Shown here: one piece after another, positions 9,307-19,309 of the stretch | How the letters are laid out: every line of letters begins with the position of its first letter | How positions within the stretch are numbered: position 1 is the first letter of the stretch | Notes under the pieces: model-generated | The model's database searches: none | Told to the model about the DNA's origin: nothing | The model's input: the letters and a program-made list of their open reading frames with translations, nothing else | Assembly: GCA_965207455.1 (NCBI GenBank) | Contig: CBDBMJ010000003.1 | Location: 128,001-192,000, forward strand | Direction: 5' to 3' | DNA length: 64,000 nt | Origin: Bdellovibrionota bacterium | Lineage (GTDB): Bacteria > Bdellovibrionota > UBA1018 > CAIPTA01 > JAALKR01 | Translations under genes and position numbers: made by a program

Positions 9307-10293
9307 ATGAATATTTTAGTAACGGGAGCCAGTGGTTTTGTGGGAAGCACCTTGAGTGAATCCTTATTTCGACAGGGGCACAAGGTACGCCTACTGATGC
9401 GAAAAGCCAGTTCCCTACGAAACCTGGACACCTCAAAGTTCTCCATTGTTTATGGCGACTTACGAGACCAAGACTCCCTCCACGAGGCAGTAACAGGAGT
9501 GGATATTATCTTCCATGTGGCTGGTGTGATTAGTGCGCCCCGAAAAGTAGGGTATTTTCAAAACAATACCCAAGGGACCGCTAATTTAGCCCAAGCCGCC
9601 CAGAAAAACCCCAACTTAAAATGTTTTGTGTATGTGAGTTCCCTAGCCGCAGGAGGTCCTGCCTCCAAAAATAAACCTTGCTCGGAAGAGGATATTCCAC
9701 AGCCCATCTCCGACTATGGCAGGAGCAAGCTAGCGGGCGAAGAGGCGTTGCGGAACCTAAACATACCGTCAGTATTCGTACGACCCCCCGCGGTGTATGG
9801 CCCCAAAGATAAAGGGTTGTTCCCTTTTTTCCAGCTAGCTAGCAGGGGTATCTCCCTTTCCCTTTCAGGTATTCGAGAAAAACCCGGAGGGTATAGCCTC
9901 ATTCATGTGGACGATTTAGTGCAATTTTTAATCACCGTGGGCACGTCCACTAAGGTCTGGTCCCCGGGTGAAGTATTCTATGTGGCTGAGGACAACATCT
10001 ATACCTGGGATCAAATGATGGCGTCCATGGCCCATGCCTTTCAAAAAAAAACTCTATCCATTCCCCTGCCCTTGGGCGTTCTCAAAGCTGCTGGAACTGT
10101 TCTGGGAACCTTGGGCCGCATCAGTGGCAAGCAATTTTTATTTAATCAAGATAAGGCCAAAGAGCTTTGCGTTTCCTATTGGACCTGCTCCAATACAAAG
10201 GCGAAAAAGGAATTAGGCTTCACACCTCAGTGGTCAATGGACTCTGGCTTTTCCCAGACGGCGCAATGGTATCGGGACCGGGCGTGGTTATAG
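9307..10293 (+). CDS. NAD-dependent epimerase/dehydratase (extended SDR), candidate ceramide reductase
   Basis: TGASGFVG, YGRSK, RPPAVYGP. Confidence 0.85.
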   Translation: MNILVTGASGFVGSTLSESLFRQGHKVRLLMRKASSLRNLDTSKFSIVYGDLRDQDSLHEAVTGVDIIFHVAGVISAPRKVGYFQNNTQGTANLAQAAQKNPNLKCFVYVSSLAAGGPASKNKPCSEEDIPQPISDYGRSKLAGEEALRNLNIPSVFVRPPAVYGPKDKGLFPFFQLASRGISLSLSGIREKPGGYSLIHVDDLVQFLITVGTSTKVWSPGEVFYVAEDNIYTWDQMMASMAHAFQKKTLSIPLPLGVLKAAGTVLGTLGRISGKQFLFNQDKAKELCVSYWTCSNTKAKKELGFTPQWSMDSGFSQTAQWYRDRAWL

Positions 10294-10660
10294 CCTTTCC
10301 TTTAAAATAAGCCCCAAACTTAATTTCCAGATTTGGACTATACACGTCTCCAATTAAAGTGCCACTCTCAGAAAGAGTTACTTTCACGGACGCATGGATA
10401 TTGGATCGGACAATTCCATCGATAATAATTTCAGCACAATGAATATCACCGTCTATACTAGCCGTTTCTCCCACCACAATAAGGCTATTGGGTAAACCTT
10501 TTATCTTCCCGTTAATATCTCCGTAGATTCTTGTAAAGCGGTCAAAAACAAAATTACCTTCAAGGCGAGTGCCTTGGCCAATCAAGGTGAGTTCGGACTC
10601 CATGGTAAAGGTCAATGGGTCATGGAGATTATCTATATTGTTACCCAGGTGTTCTGCCAT
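10220..10660 (-). CDS. Bactofilin (polymer-forming cytoskeletal protein)
   Basis: TLIGQGTRLEG, IVVGETASIDGDI, IIIDG, LEIKFGAYFKG beta-helix pattern. Confidence 0.88.
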   Translation of the reverse strand: MAEHLGNNIDNLHDPLTFTMESELTLIGQGTRLEGNFVFDRFTRIYGDINGKIKGLPNSLIVVGETASIDGDIHCAEIIIDGIVRSNIHASVKVTLSESGTLIGDVYSPNLEIKFGAYFKGKAITTPGPDTIAPSGKSQSPLTTEV

Positions 10661-10661
10661 C

Positions 10662-11375
10662 TTAAATTGCTTTCTGTACTTGTAGGGAGTTTAATATTTT
10701 ACCCGATGGTGAGAAAATTAAAATCTGAAAATGTAGCTCTTCCTCTGTTATGGACGGCGCTAGAAACTGGGCAGTTACGGATCGAAACCGGGCAATGCTA
10801 AACGTTTCCCCTTTTTTATAGTCGAAGAGTACGGACCCTATGGGCTGGAGCACTCCACTGGGATAGGCATAAATAGCATTTTTCGATTTAGCTATGGTGA
10901 GAATATAGCCCCGAGTGCGTTCTTTAGCACTGTTATTGGAAAGGTCGAATTTTAACAGCACCTCATCCGTCTCCCGGTTTTTTATCACCCTTGGATTGAT
11001 AATCTCCACGGCTTGATTTTCCAACAGCGCACTTTCTTTTCCAAAAAGATTTAAAGCGCCCACATCTTCCCGAAAACCCACTGTGGCAGGAGTATTCTTT
11101 CCCAAAGACAACTGCGCTTTTTCCAATTTCCCACTCAAGGCTACTATTTCCTGTAGCTGACGCTTATTCGTTTGGACTAAGCTATCTGTTTCAAAGGCAA
11201 TATAATTTTCATATATATACAGACCAGAGAAAAACAGAGCAGAAAGTAGTAGCGTTCCCAGTACAAAGCAAAGGAGGAGTATCTCTCGCTTGATCTTACT
11301 CATGGGCAGACGAAATGTGCGAGCAGCCCCATTGGATCGCATCAATACTAGAGTTAGGTCACTGGCAGCTTTCAA
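10662..11375 (-). CDS. Bitopic membrane protein upstream of bactofilin
   Basis: Short cytoplasmic N-terminus, one TM helix, short coiled coil, beta-rich C-terminal domain. Confidence 0.6.
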   Translation of the reverse strand: MKAASDLTLVLMRSNGAARTFRLPMSKIKREILLLCFVLGTLLLSALFFSGLYIYENYIAFETDSLVQTNKRQLQEIVALSGKLEKAQLSLGKNTPATVGFREDVGALNLFGKESALLENQAVEIINPRVIKNRETDEVLLKFDLSNNSAKERTRGYILTIAKSKNAIYAYPSGVLQPIGSVLFDYKKGETFSIARFRSVTAQFLAPSITEEELHFQILIFSPSGKILNSLQVQKAI

Positions 11376-11557
11376 AGGTATACCTCCATCTTACTTTAGG
11401 CTAGTTTTTCGCCCTAGGGATGTCAATAGTATACGCCTGTATGTATTTTATATCCACTCACACGATTTTATACTCTTACAAAAGAGTGTTTTGACAGTAC
11501 TCCCCAAATTCAGTACAATTTACTATAATGCTATAGCGTTTATCTACAGGAGGATTC

Positions 11558-13675
11558 ATGCGTATTCTTTGGCTCGGTGTAATAGACACAGTTTGGTCAG
11601 AAAAAGACGGCTGGGATAGTCTGCAAAAAAAAGTGGAACTTGTCCGTGTGGACACAACAGAAAAAGCTCGTGCCCAATGGAACGACACTTTTGACGCTAT
11701 AGTGATAGAGCCCGAAACAAAGGAAGCTATTGCACTACAAAAGGAAATTGCTTCCGGCGCTACGGGCGCCATTCGACCAATAATTATTGTTTCCAAAATC
11801 TGGTGTCAGATAGATTTTAACCAACACTCTGCCTCGGAACTCCCTGCCAATCACTATAGTTCTCTGCCCATGACCTTGGATAGCTTTATGGGGTTCTTGG
11901 AAAACTTGGGTGAGGCTCAGCAGGAAGTCCCCCAAGGAAGTGTTTCTCCGGATGCTTCTCCGGGTGTTTCTCCCACCGCTTCTCCTGCGGCTCCTCGAAA
12001 GCCATCGGATCTATTGCGATCTGCTGATGAAGCCGCTTCTTTTAATTATTCCTTTTCTGAGACTCCTCCCTCCCAAGCGCCATTAGGCAAAAAAGAAGGG
12101 TCGCCAAAGGAAACGTCCAAGGGGTCGCCAAAGGAAACACCAAATGAGTCCATAGATATTACAAAACTGGTAAAGGCCACTGTGCCTCCTAAAGACGATC
12201 CAGTGCCTACTCCAACAGCGCCAACAGAAGGTCTGCCACTACCACCGGCAGTGCCAACTCCCATGGAAGCTGCTCCACCACTAGCAGCACCCCCATCAGT
12301 GCCTCCAGTACCGGCAGTGCTGCCATCGCCACTACAAGCAGTACCACCAGTAACACCCCCATCAGCAGTACCTCCAACAACAATACCTGCCCAGCTTCCA
12401 GACGCACCCGCTCAGTCTTCTAAGCCCACTAGCGAAACTCCTGGGACTCCTGGAGAGTCCACAAAAATGCTGTTGAATAAAGTTTTCTCTGCCCTATCCT
12501 CTGCCGTGGGCAAGGGGGGGAAAACCACGGAATCTCTCCCTGAGGTTGGGGAGCAGAAAGCGCCACAAGCCCCTAGTTTGCCTCCTCTCGATACTAGCAA
12601 CAAAGTATTAAGTGATTATTTAAGCGTACGGGAGCATGAACTGGCTACTGCTTTAAAAGAGAAAGAGAAAATACGGCAGATGTATGCCTCTTTGGAGAAG
12701 AAAGCTGAAGATTTAAGAAAAGATCTATATGAACTGCAACACCAGAAGGGTTCTCTGGAGACAAACAATAGTAGTTTAAATAAAAAAATAGAGGAAAAAA
12801 ACCGTGAACTGGAAGAGCAAAAAGATCAATTGGAGTTTGAGAAAAGCAGTTTGACGGATAAGGTGAAGCTTTTAGAAGAAAAGTTAAATGCTACTCGAAT
12901 TCAGTACACGAGCCTAAAGGATCGGATACAAAAGGATATTCCTCTTATTCAGGAACGGGAAAAAGAATTGGAAAGTCACTTGGAGATTGTTAAGGGCGAT
13001 TTGAAGAACTTAACAAAAGAGCGGAACAATCAGGTGTTGGATCTCAAGAAAAAAATTACTGGCATGGAGAGGGATGTGAATATGGCTCACACTGAGCAGT
13101 TGGAGGCTGAGACTTCCAAGGAAAAATATGTGGACAGTATTTCCCGTGTCAACCGGGCCATTCAAATTGCTTTAGGTATTATTGAGGAGCAAGCCGCGGA
13201 AGAGAAAGAGGAGAGACAAGGGGAAAAGAAGGCAGCAACAAAAAAGAAAGCAGCAACAATAGAGGAAGAGCTTCTTCAAGATGCCTCAGAAAACAAGACG
13301 GGTGTGCCGAGCATAACCTCAGGTGACGAGGAAAAGGGTACAGCCCCTGAGGAGGCGTTGACAAAAGAGGAATTAGAACAAGCTGAGGCGGCTACACGGA
13401 TTTTCGATGGGAATGCAGCTCCAGAGGAGTCCCATCCTGCGGATCCGGTGCCAGGGCAGCCGCTACCAGAAGGCACACATGCAGGACAAGATGATGTTTT
13501 CGACGTCTCTTCTGAACACACTGATCACAATATCAAACCCCTTGCTGCTGATAGCGGTGACCAAGAGCAACCTTTGGAATTAGAGGTTGAGGATGAGTTC
13601 ATAGAGACAGTAGAGCCAGAGACCAATGACGAAACTAAAGTTATTGACTCCAAAGCAACAAAAGATATAAATTAA
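11558..13675 (+). CDS. Large protein: degenerate receiver-like N-terminus, Pro-rich linker, long coiled coil, acidic tail
   Basis: RBS AGGAGG; composition by segment; internal 24-bp repeat near 12098-12145. Confidence 0.7.
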   Translation: MRILWLGVIDTVWSEKDGWDSLQKKVELVRVDTTEKARAQWNDTFDAIVIEPETKEAIALQKEIASGATGAIRPIIIVSKIWCQIDFNQHSASELPANHYSSLPMTLDSFMGFLENLGEAQQEVPQGSVSPDASPGVSPTASPAAPRKPSDLLRSADEAASFNYSFSETPPSQAPLGKKEGSPKETSKGSPKETPNESIDITKLVKATVPPKDDPVPTPTAPTEGLPLPPAVPTPMEAAPPLAAPPSVPPVPAVLPSPLQAVPPVTPPSAVPPTTIPAQLPDAPAQSSKPTSETPGTPGESTKMLLNKVFSALSSAVGKGGKTTESLPEVGEQKAPQAPSLPPLDTSNKVLSDYLSVREHELATALKEKEKIRQMYASLEKKAEDLRKDLYELQHQKGSLETNNSSLNKKIEEKNRELEEQKDQLEFEKSSLTDKVKLLEEKLNATRIQYTSLKDRIQKDIPLIQEREKELESHLEIVKGDLKNLTKERNNQVLDLKKKITGMERDVNMAHTEQLEAETSKEKYVDSISRVNRAIQIALGIIEEQAAEEKEERQGEKKAATKKKAATIEEELLQDASENKTGVPSITSGDEEKGTAPEEALTKEELEQAEAATRIFDGNAAPEESHPADPVPGQPLPEGTHAGQDDVFDVSSEHTDHNIKPLAADSGDQEQPLELEVEDEFIETVEPETNDETKVIDSKATKDIN

Positions 13676-13683
13676 GCAAAGCC

Positions 13684-14532
13684 ATGGATTTGCACGCACA
13701 ATTATTAATAGATTTTTTATTACACTGTACAGGTATCAATGAATCGACTGCCATGAAGGAAGCTGTTCATCAATACTTGCGTGACCGTTTTGCGCCCAAG
13801 GTGCTGAAGGTGAGGGAAGGCTATATGCCTTTTTTTGAGGAAGGAACCATTTTCTACGAGTTCCAAAACAAGTACTTTTTTTGCCTAGAGATCAATCAAC
13901 CTGAGGTAATTGAAATATCAGGAACGGATCAGCCTCCGATGAGTGAAATGGAATTAAAGTCTTTAGAAAAAGCTATTGTTTCTTTTAAAGAGAAGTACCA
14001 AAAAATGAATGTGCTAAGAAGCCTAACTTATATTGATGATGTCACTGGTTTATACAATCAGCGCTATTTGGAGGCTGCCTTAGACCGGGAGCTTTCTTTG
14101 TCTAAGCGAAATAAAAATCCTTTTTCTGTTTTATTTTTGGACTTGGATCATTTTAAAGAAATAAACGACAGCCATGGGCATTTGGTGGGAAGTCGTGCTC
14201 TATGGGAGGTTGGCAAAGAAATAAAAAACACCGTTCGGGAATCGGATATTACTTTTCGCTTTGGTGGTGATGAGTTTGTTTGTATCCTTTCCAATACGGA
14301 TCAAACGGAAGCTATGGTGGTGGCTGAACGGGTACGAATTTGCATCAGCAATAAAAAATTTCTAACCACAGAAAATTTAAATGTTCGCCTATCTGTAAGC
14401 ATTGGTGTGGCTTCCTATCCAGACCATGCTCTTACCAGAGAGGATATTCTCAATGCAGCGGACAAAGCCCTATACGGAGTAAAAGAAAGTTCCAGGAATA
14501 AAGTGATTTTATCAAGGATCACTAAGCCCTAA
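13684..14532 (+). CDS. Diguanylate cyclase (GGDEF)
   Basis: DDVTGLYN, DLDHFKEINDSHGHLVG, RESD I-site five residues before GGDEF. Confidence 0.95.
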   Translation: MDLHAQLLIDFLLHCTGINESTAMKEAVHQYLRDRFAPKVLKVREGYMPFFEEGTIFYEFQNKYFFCLEINQPEVIEISGTDQPPMSEMELKSLEKAIVSFKEKYQKMNVLRSLTYIDDVTGLYNQRYLEAALDRELSLSKRNKNPFSVLFLDLDHFKEINDSHGHLVGSRALWEVGKEIKNTVRESDITFRFGGDEFVCILSNTDQTEAMVVAERVRICISNKKFLTTENLNVRLSVSIGVASYPDHALTREDILNAADKALYGVKESSRNKVILSRITKP

Positions 14533-15647
14533 TGGCGAAAAAAATAAAATTAATAGTGAGTGACTTTCATTTGGGGAAAGGTTGCTTCCTAAAGGATGGT
14601 ACTGCTAATATTCTGGAGGATTTTCAGTTTGCCTCCAAGTTTGTGGAATTTTTAAAATTTTATAGTAGTGACGACCATAAAGAAGCGCATGTGGAGCTTA
14701 TTATAAATGGAGATTTCTTAAACCTACTGCAAGGTGATTATTTAGGAGTACATTCCTATCTAATTACAGAAAAAAAAACCAACTATATGCTCCACTCCAT
14801 CATCGCTGGTCACCCGGAGGTCTTTCAGGCTCTTAAGTATTTTATGGAGCAACCCAACCATGAGATTGCTTATGTAATTGGCAACCACGATCAAGCTCTC
14901 CTATTCCCCGCTCCAAGAAGAATTTTATGTGATTATATCGGCAAGGATTTGCGTTTCTACGACACGTACTATGAATTCAGTGGTGTGCATATAGAGCACG
15001 GTCACCAGTACGAGTCCGTCAATAAATGCGACATTCAAAACTATGAAATACGAGATCCCATGTATCCTGAGCCGGTGTTAAATTTACCCTGGGCCTCTCT
15101 TTTCGTGGCAGGATACTTGCCTAAGATGAAAAAGAAACGTCCCTATGTGGATAAAATAAAGCCCTTTACTTCCTATATTCGCTGGGCTCTTATTCATGAC
15201 TTCTTTTTTGCCATTTATATGATTATCTATTCCTGTACCACCTTTTTAAAAATGTCTCTTTTACAAAGTAAATATCCTCTTTTAGATTTTCACCTCACCT
15301 TGGAAAGGCTCAAAGGACTCACCCTTTATCCTTCTTTTGTAAATATAGCTAGAAAACTACTGCAAAGAAAAAAGCAACTACATACTGTTATTTTCTCCCA
15401 TACCCATGTATTGCGCTATCGACAATGGGCTGGAGGACTGGAGTACTTTAATGTGGGCACATGGAATGAGTTTACTAATTTAGATATAGGAAACTTTGGC
15501 TTACAGCACTTCCTAACCTACGGATACATTGAGCAAGAAGACAATCAAAAACCACGCACCAGTCTCAAGGAATGGAAAGGAAGTTGGGAACCCTCAGTGG
15601 AAGCTTCCAGTGTGCCCAATATACCCAGTGGAAAAACCCCATTTTAA
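14532..15647 (+). CDS. Calcineurin-like metallophosphoesterase
   Basis: SDFHLG, NGD, GNHD, EHGH, SHTH. Confidence 0.88.
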   Translation: MAKKIKLIVSDFHLGKGCFLKDGTANILEDFQFASKFVEFLKFYSSDDHKEAHVELIINGDFLNLLQGDYLGVHSYLITEKKTNYMLHSIIAGHPEVFQALKYFMEQPNHEIAYVIGNHDQALLFPAPRRILCDYIGKDLRFYDTYYEFSGVHIEHGHQYESVNKCDIQNYEIRDPMYPEPVLNLPWASLFVAGYLPKMKKKRPYVDKIKPFTSYIRWALIHDFFFAIYMIIYSCTTFLKMSLLQSKYPLLDFHLTLERLKGLTLYPSFVNIARKLLQRKKQLHTVIFSHTHVLRYRQWAGGLEYFNVGTWNEFTNLDIGNFGLQHFLTYGYIEQEDNQKPRTSLKEWKGSWEPSVEASSVPNIPSGKTPF

Positions 15648-15669
15648 GTTTTTCAAAAGACTAGGGCGC

Positions 15670-16959
15670 ATGGATAGGGACTATAAAAAATTTTTCTCCT
15701 TAGCCCTGCCCAGTATTCTCACAAACCTAACGATTCCATTGGCTAGTATTGTTGATCTGGCTCTGCTGGGTCACTTCTCGGATGTAAAGCAACTAGGGGG
15801 TGTGGCTCTTGGTGCGATTATTCTAAACTCACTGTACTGGATATTTTCCTTCCTGCGAATGAGTACAACTGGTCTCACAAGCATCGCTTCAGGTGAGGGA
15901 AATAAGGAAGAAATAGTTTCTCTTTTTTTCCGCGCCCTATTTTTAAGTTTTGTTTTTGGACTACTATTCTGGATAGTGCAAACACCTTTAATCCATGCTT
16001 CCTTTTGGCTCTTGAGTGGCGAAGAGGTAGTAAAGTCTGTGGGTATAGGCTATACATACTATGGAATTTGGGGCATGCCCTTTACCTTAGCGGGATTTGC
16101 TATTATGGGTTGGCTTTTGGGCCGACAAAAGCCCCTCTGTATCCTATATTATTCCACTGCACTCAATGGATCCAATATTATCTTCGACTGGATTTTTATT
16201 TATAAGCTGGGTTGGGGTGCTCAAGGAGCAGGGCTAGCCACCATGATCGCAAGCATTCTTGCCTTTATCCTGGGTTTGTTTTTAGTGCGCTCCCAATGGA
16301 AGGGCTTACCAAAGATAAACCTGCCCGCTGTTTTTCAAAAGAGTAATTTAGAAAAATTTTTAAACCTAAGTGGAAATATTCTAGTTCGAACATTTTTATT
16401 GATGCTAACCTTTTCTTTTTTCATCAATGGCTCTGCTCGATTCAGCACAAACCTACTGGTTGCCAACACTATTCTTCTACGTCTTTTCTTCATGGCTTCC
16501 TATTTCAGTGATGGCTTTGCTTTCGCACTGGAAAGTGTAGTGGGAAAATATGATGCTAGTGGCGAACGGTCGAAAATGAAAAAAATATTTCATCTAGGTA
16601 TTTATTGTAACCTACTGGTGGCTGTCGTTTTTTGTGGTGCTTACCTATTTTTCAGTAATTTTGTGCTCTCCCTTTTAACCAAACACCAGGAAGTAATTGA
16701 AATAGCTCAAGCCTACCTGCCTTTTTCCTGTGCCGTGATCTTTGTGGGAAGTGTTGCATTTATTTTAGACGGCATGGCCATTGGCCTAGCTAAGGGAAGG
16801 GAAATGCGAAACTCCATGAGCCTTTCAGTGCTTCTTGGCTTCGTTCCGTTTTATATTTGGGCTTACACGGATAACTACCCTGAAGCCCTATGGTGGGGAA
16901 TGATACTATTTATGGCACTTCGATCCCTATCTTTATATAAATTTTTAAAAATACACTAA
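15670..16959 (+). CDS. MATE family efflux transporter (DinF-like)
   Basis: LALPSILTNLTIPL, FLRMSTTG, many TM helices. Confidence 0.92.
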   Translation: MDRDYKKFFSLALPSILTNLTIPLASIVDLALLGHFSDVKQLGGVALGAIILNSLYWIFSFLRMSTTGLTSIASGEGNKEEIVSLFFRALFLSFVFGLLFWIVQTPLIHASFWLLSGEEVVKSVGIGYTYYGIWGMPFTLAGFAIMGWLLGRQKPLCILYYSTALNGSNIIFDWIFIYKLGWGAQGAGLATMIASILAFILGLFLVRSQWKGLPKINLPAVFQKSNLEKFLNLSGNILVRTFLLMLTFSFFINGSARFSTNLLVANTILLRLFFMASYFSDGFAFALESVVGKYDASGERSKMKKIFHLGIYCNLLVAVVFCGAYLFFSNFVLSLLTKHQEVIEIAQAYLPFSCAVIFVGSVAFILDGMAIGLAKGREMRNSMSLSVLLGFVPFYIWAYTDNYPEALWWGMILFMALRSLSLYKFLKIH

Positions 16960-16964
16960 TTTTC

Positions 16965-17405
16965 TTGCACCCACTATATTTTCCACCCATACTTATACTT
17001 ATGATGATGTGTGCTGCTTCTTTTTGTTGGATGTCTTTTGGTCTTTTGGTGCTTTGGGTTTTAATTGCCTCTGGCCTTTTATTCTATACTTGGAATAAAG
17101 TTGTTTGTGCTCAATGGAGTGGGCGAAGTCCATTTCAATTTTACCACGCACTCCTAGTAGTACTCACGATATTAGCTTTCTGTTTACCTGCAAAATACAT
17201 GAAAAAACGTGGTGGACACTATGGGAAGCACTCATACAAAAGCAGGAGTTACCACGACGGCAGCACTACGGAAAAACATGGATACCGTGGAGACCATTCC
17301 GGCTGCAATCACGCTTGGAAAAACGGTAGCACCACAGAAAAACAAAAACACCGTAAAGAGCGCCGCATGCAGCGCCGTAATAATAAAGAAAATAAAAGCG
17401 AATAG
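16965..17405 (+). CDS. Hypothetical membrane protein with His/Lys-rich tail
   Basis: Hydrophobic N-terminal half; GSTTEK occurs twice; start uncertain. Confidence 0.5.
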   Translation: MHPLYFPPILILMMMCAASFCWMSFGLLVLWVLIASGLLFYTWNKVVCAQWSGRSPFQFYHALLVVLTILAFCLPAKYMKKRGGHYGKHSYKSRSYHDGSTTEKHGYRGDHSGCNHAWKNGSTTEKQKHRKERRMQRRNNKENKSE

Positions 17406-17406
17406 G

Positions 17407-17910
17407 CTATAAACGATAGCCCAGAGTTAGACCAAACCAAGCACCATTGGTTTGCCCCACAAAAATATACGGAGCCGCTCGAAATACAAAGTTGTTACGC
17501 TCGAACTCGTAGCCTATACCTGCGGACGCCGCCAAACCCGATCCCGTGACTAAGCCTGTACCCTGAGTATTGGAAGAACCAATGGATAGATTGGCCCCAG
17601 CACTAACAAAAAGGCGGCCTTTGCTAAAAGTGGAAAAATAGTAATTGGCGTAGAGAGGAAGGATGAGCAGCGCACCTTTGGTAGAACCCTGACCAACGGA
17701 GTAGGTGGAAAAACCAGCTCCTGCTTGCACATTGCTATTTACGGGCCAGTCGTAGTTTATACTATAGAGTCCACCCCGTCCCAGCATTTCAAAGGAAAGA
17801 ACGCCAGAGGAAGAGGAAGAGGAAGAGTCCCAAGAAGAGATGCCAGCCCCATGGGCGGGGGAAAAGGAGGTTGCGACGATAAACATACATACGAGTAATA
17901 TAGATTTCAT
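17407..17910 (-). CDS. Small outer-membrane beta-barrel-like protein
   Basis: Signal peptide, poly-Ser linker, amphipathic strands, ends GLTLGYRL. Confidence 0.7.
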   Translation of the reverse strand: MKSILLVCMFIVATSFSPAHGAGISSWDSSSSSSSGVLSFEMLGRGGLYSINYDWPVNSNVQAGAGFSTYSVGQGSTKGALLILPLYANYYFSTFSKGRLFVSAGANLSIGSSNTQGTGLVTGSGLAASAGIGYEFERNNFVFRAAPYIFVGQTNGAWFGLTLGYRL

Positions 17911-18137
17911 AACTTAGACTGTATGGGAGAGACGAGCTTTTGTCAAAATTTCACTCGATCCCTTCACTGGTCTCACAAACCAAATAACCGTGCCTTTCAG
18001 TCCATTAATGGCATATTTATGTTTTCCTTGAGATCGCACCCCGCATTAACCAAGCCATAACTCACTGTTCTCAAAGCCATTTTGGTGACGTTTTTTGTGA
18101 GTCAATTCGGCGCACAATAAAAAAATCGAAATAACTA

Positions 18138-18166
18138 TTGACATGATGCATAAATTAATGCATTAT
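18138..18166 (+). promoter_or_regulatory. sigma70-type promoter overlapped by ATGCAT boxes
   Basis: TTGACA-17 nt-CATTAT; ATGCAT-AAATTA-ATGCAT at 18146-18163. Confidence 0.6.
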
Positions 18167-18230
18167 GCACTCACTGACTAGAGGCATGGTGCAGCTAGAC
18201 AGGAAAAACAATTAATGAAGGAGAAAACTT

Positions 18231-18530
18231 ATGAAAAACATACTAACAATCACAGCAATGGCACTTGCCATGGCATTACCGACCATAGGACATACTTATG
18301 GTGATGACGAATGGACAAATGAGAATCTGTTTTGGCGAGAAGTAGCAGACAGGGACACTGGTACGGAACCGTGCATTGACGAGCTCAATCGTCACTTGAT
18401 GGTTGGTTTTTCAGCTGGGTTAACAGGACCCTTAGGCTTTCTTGCCCAAGTCTCCGGATTGGAAGACACAGGTAGAGAATACAAAGAATGTAAGAGAAAA
18501 TACGCTAATTGGTATTACTATTCGAAATGA
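18231..18530 (+). CDS. Small secreted hypothetical protein
   Basis: RBS AAGGAG, signal peptide, two Cys flanking a Gly-rich hydrophobic segment. Confidence 0.75.
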   Translation: MKNILTITAMALAMALPTIGHTYGDDEWTNENLFWREVADRDTGTEPCIDELNRHLMVGFSAGLTGPLGFLAQVSGLEDTGREYKECKRKYANWYYYSK

Positions 18531-18607
18531 TAATCAAACTAAGCCGATAAACTGTAATTTACTATAAATTTGGAAGCCTTCTTTAGAAATAAGGAAGGAT
18601 CCAAAAA

Positions 18608-18877
18608 TCACTCGATTATTTCCAGTATTGTACGCCTTTTCAGCTTCGTAGAAGCCCCATTAAGGATGGTGCGAATAGCACGAGCCGTACGACCTTGCTT
18701 GCCAATCATCTTGCCTAGGTCATCTTTCGAAACACTCAGTTCAATGACTGTAGTTTGCTCCCCTCGAACTTGACGCACCTTCACGTCCCCTGGACTATCC
18801 ACCAATGCCTCCGCAATGTGAGAAATCAGCTTGCCCAGTTCATCTATTTCCTGACTTTTACTTTCTTCTTCTCCCAT
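18608..18877 (-). CDS. khpA: KH-domain RNA-binding protein KhpA
   Basis: DDLGKMIGKQGRTARAIRTIL; follows rpsP. Confidence 0.93.
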   Translation of the reverse strand: MGEEESKSQEIDELGKLISHIAEALVDSPGDVKVRQVRGEQTTVIELSVSKDDLGKMIGKQGRTARAIRTILNGASTKLKRRTILEIIE

Positions 18878-18957
18878 GAATAACCCCCAACAATAACAAT
18901 AAACACAAGCCTGAAAAATTTAAGGCCAAGGTTAATCTCAGCGTTTTAACTATACTA

Positions 18958-19200
18958 TTATTTTGAACCGAATTTTAGAATTTGTACAACAGTTTCCGAG
19001 GGTTGCGCCCCTTTTGTGAGCCAGGCTTGGTACTTTTCCTTGTCGATATAGGCCTTATCCTGGCTTTTTTCCTTATGCGGATCATAAAAACCTAATGTTT
19101 CTAGTACCTTACCCTGATTTCGCTTGCGAGAGTCCAAGGCCACAATGTGGTAGTAAGGTTGCCCTTTTCTACCTTTTAACGTTAAACGAACTTTTACCAT
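18958..19200 (-). CDS. rpsP: 30S ribosomal protein S16
   Basis: MVKVRL, PYYHIVALDSR, LGFYDP, GAQPSETV. Confidence 0.96.
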   Translation of the reverse strand: MVKVRLTLKGRKGQPYYHIVALDSRKRNQGKVLETLGFYDPHKEKSQDKAYIDKEKYQAWLTKGAQPSETVVQILKFGSK

Positions 19201-19309
19201 ATAGGTCTTGTTTAATACAAAAAGCACAGGTACGCAAGCTCCTTAATGCTTTTTCAGCCTGTATCTCGAATAAGCTCTCACAAAAGCCCAGTCACGAAAA
19301 GGATCTCCC

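Noticed and set aside
11930..12420. Short tandem repeats within the 705-aa gene
   Set aside because: Coding low-complexity Pro/Ser linker.
18524..18550. GAAA-N15-GCCGATAA sigma28-like site
   Set aside because: Weak -35 element, and it points antisense into khpA with no downstream gene.
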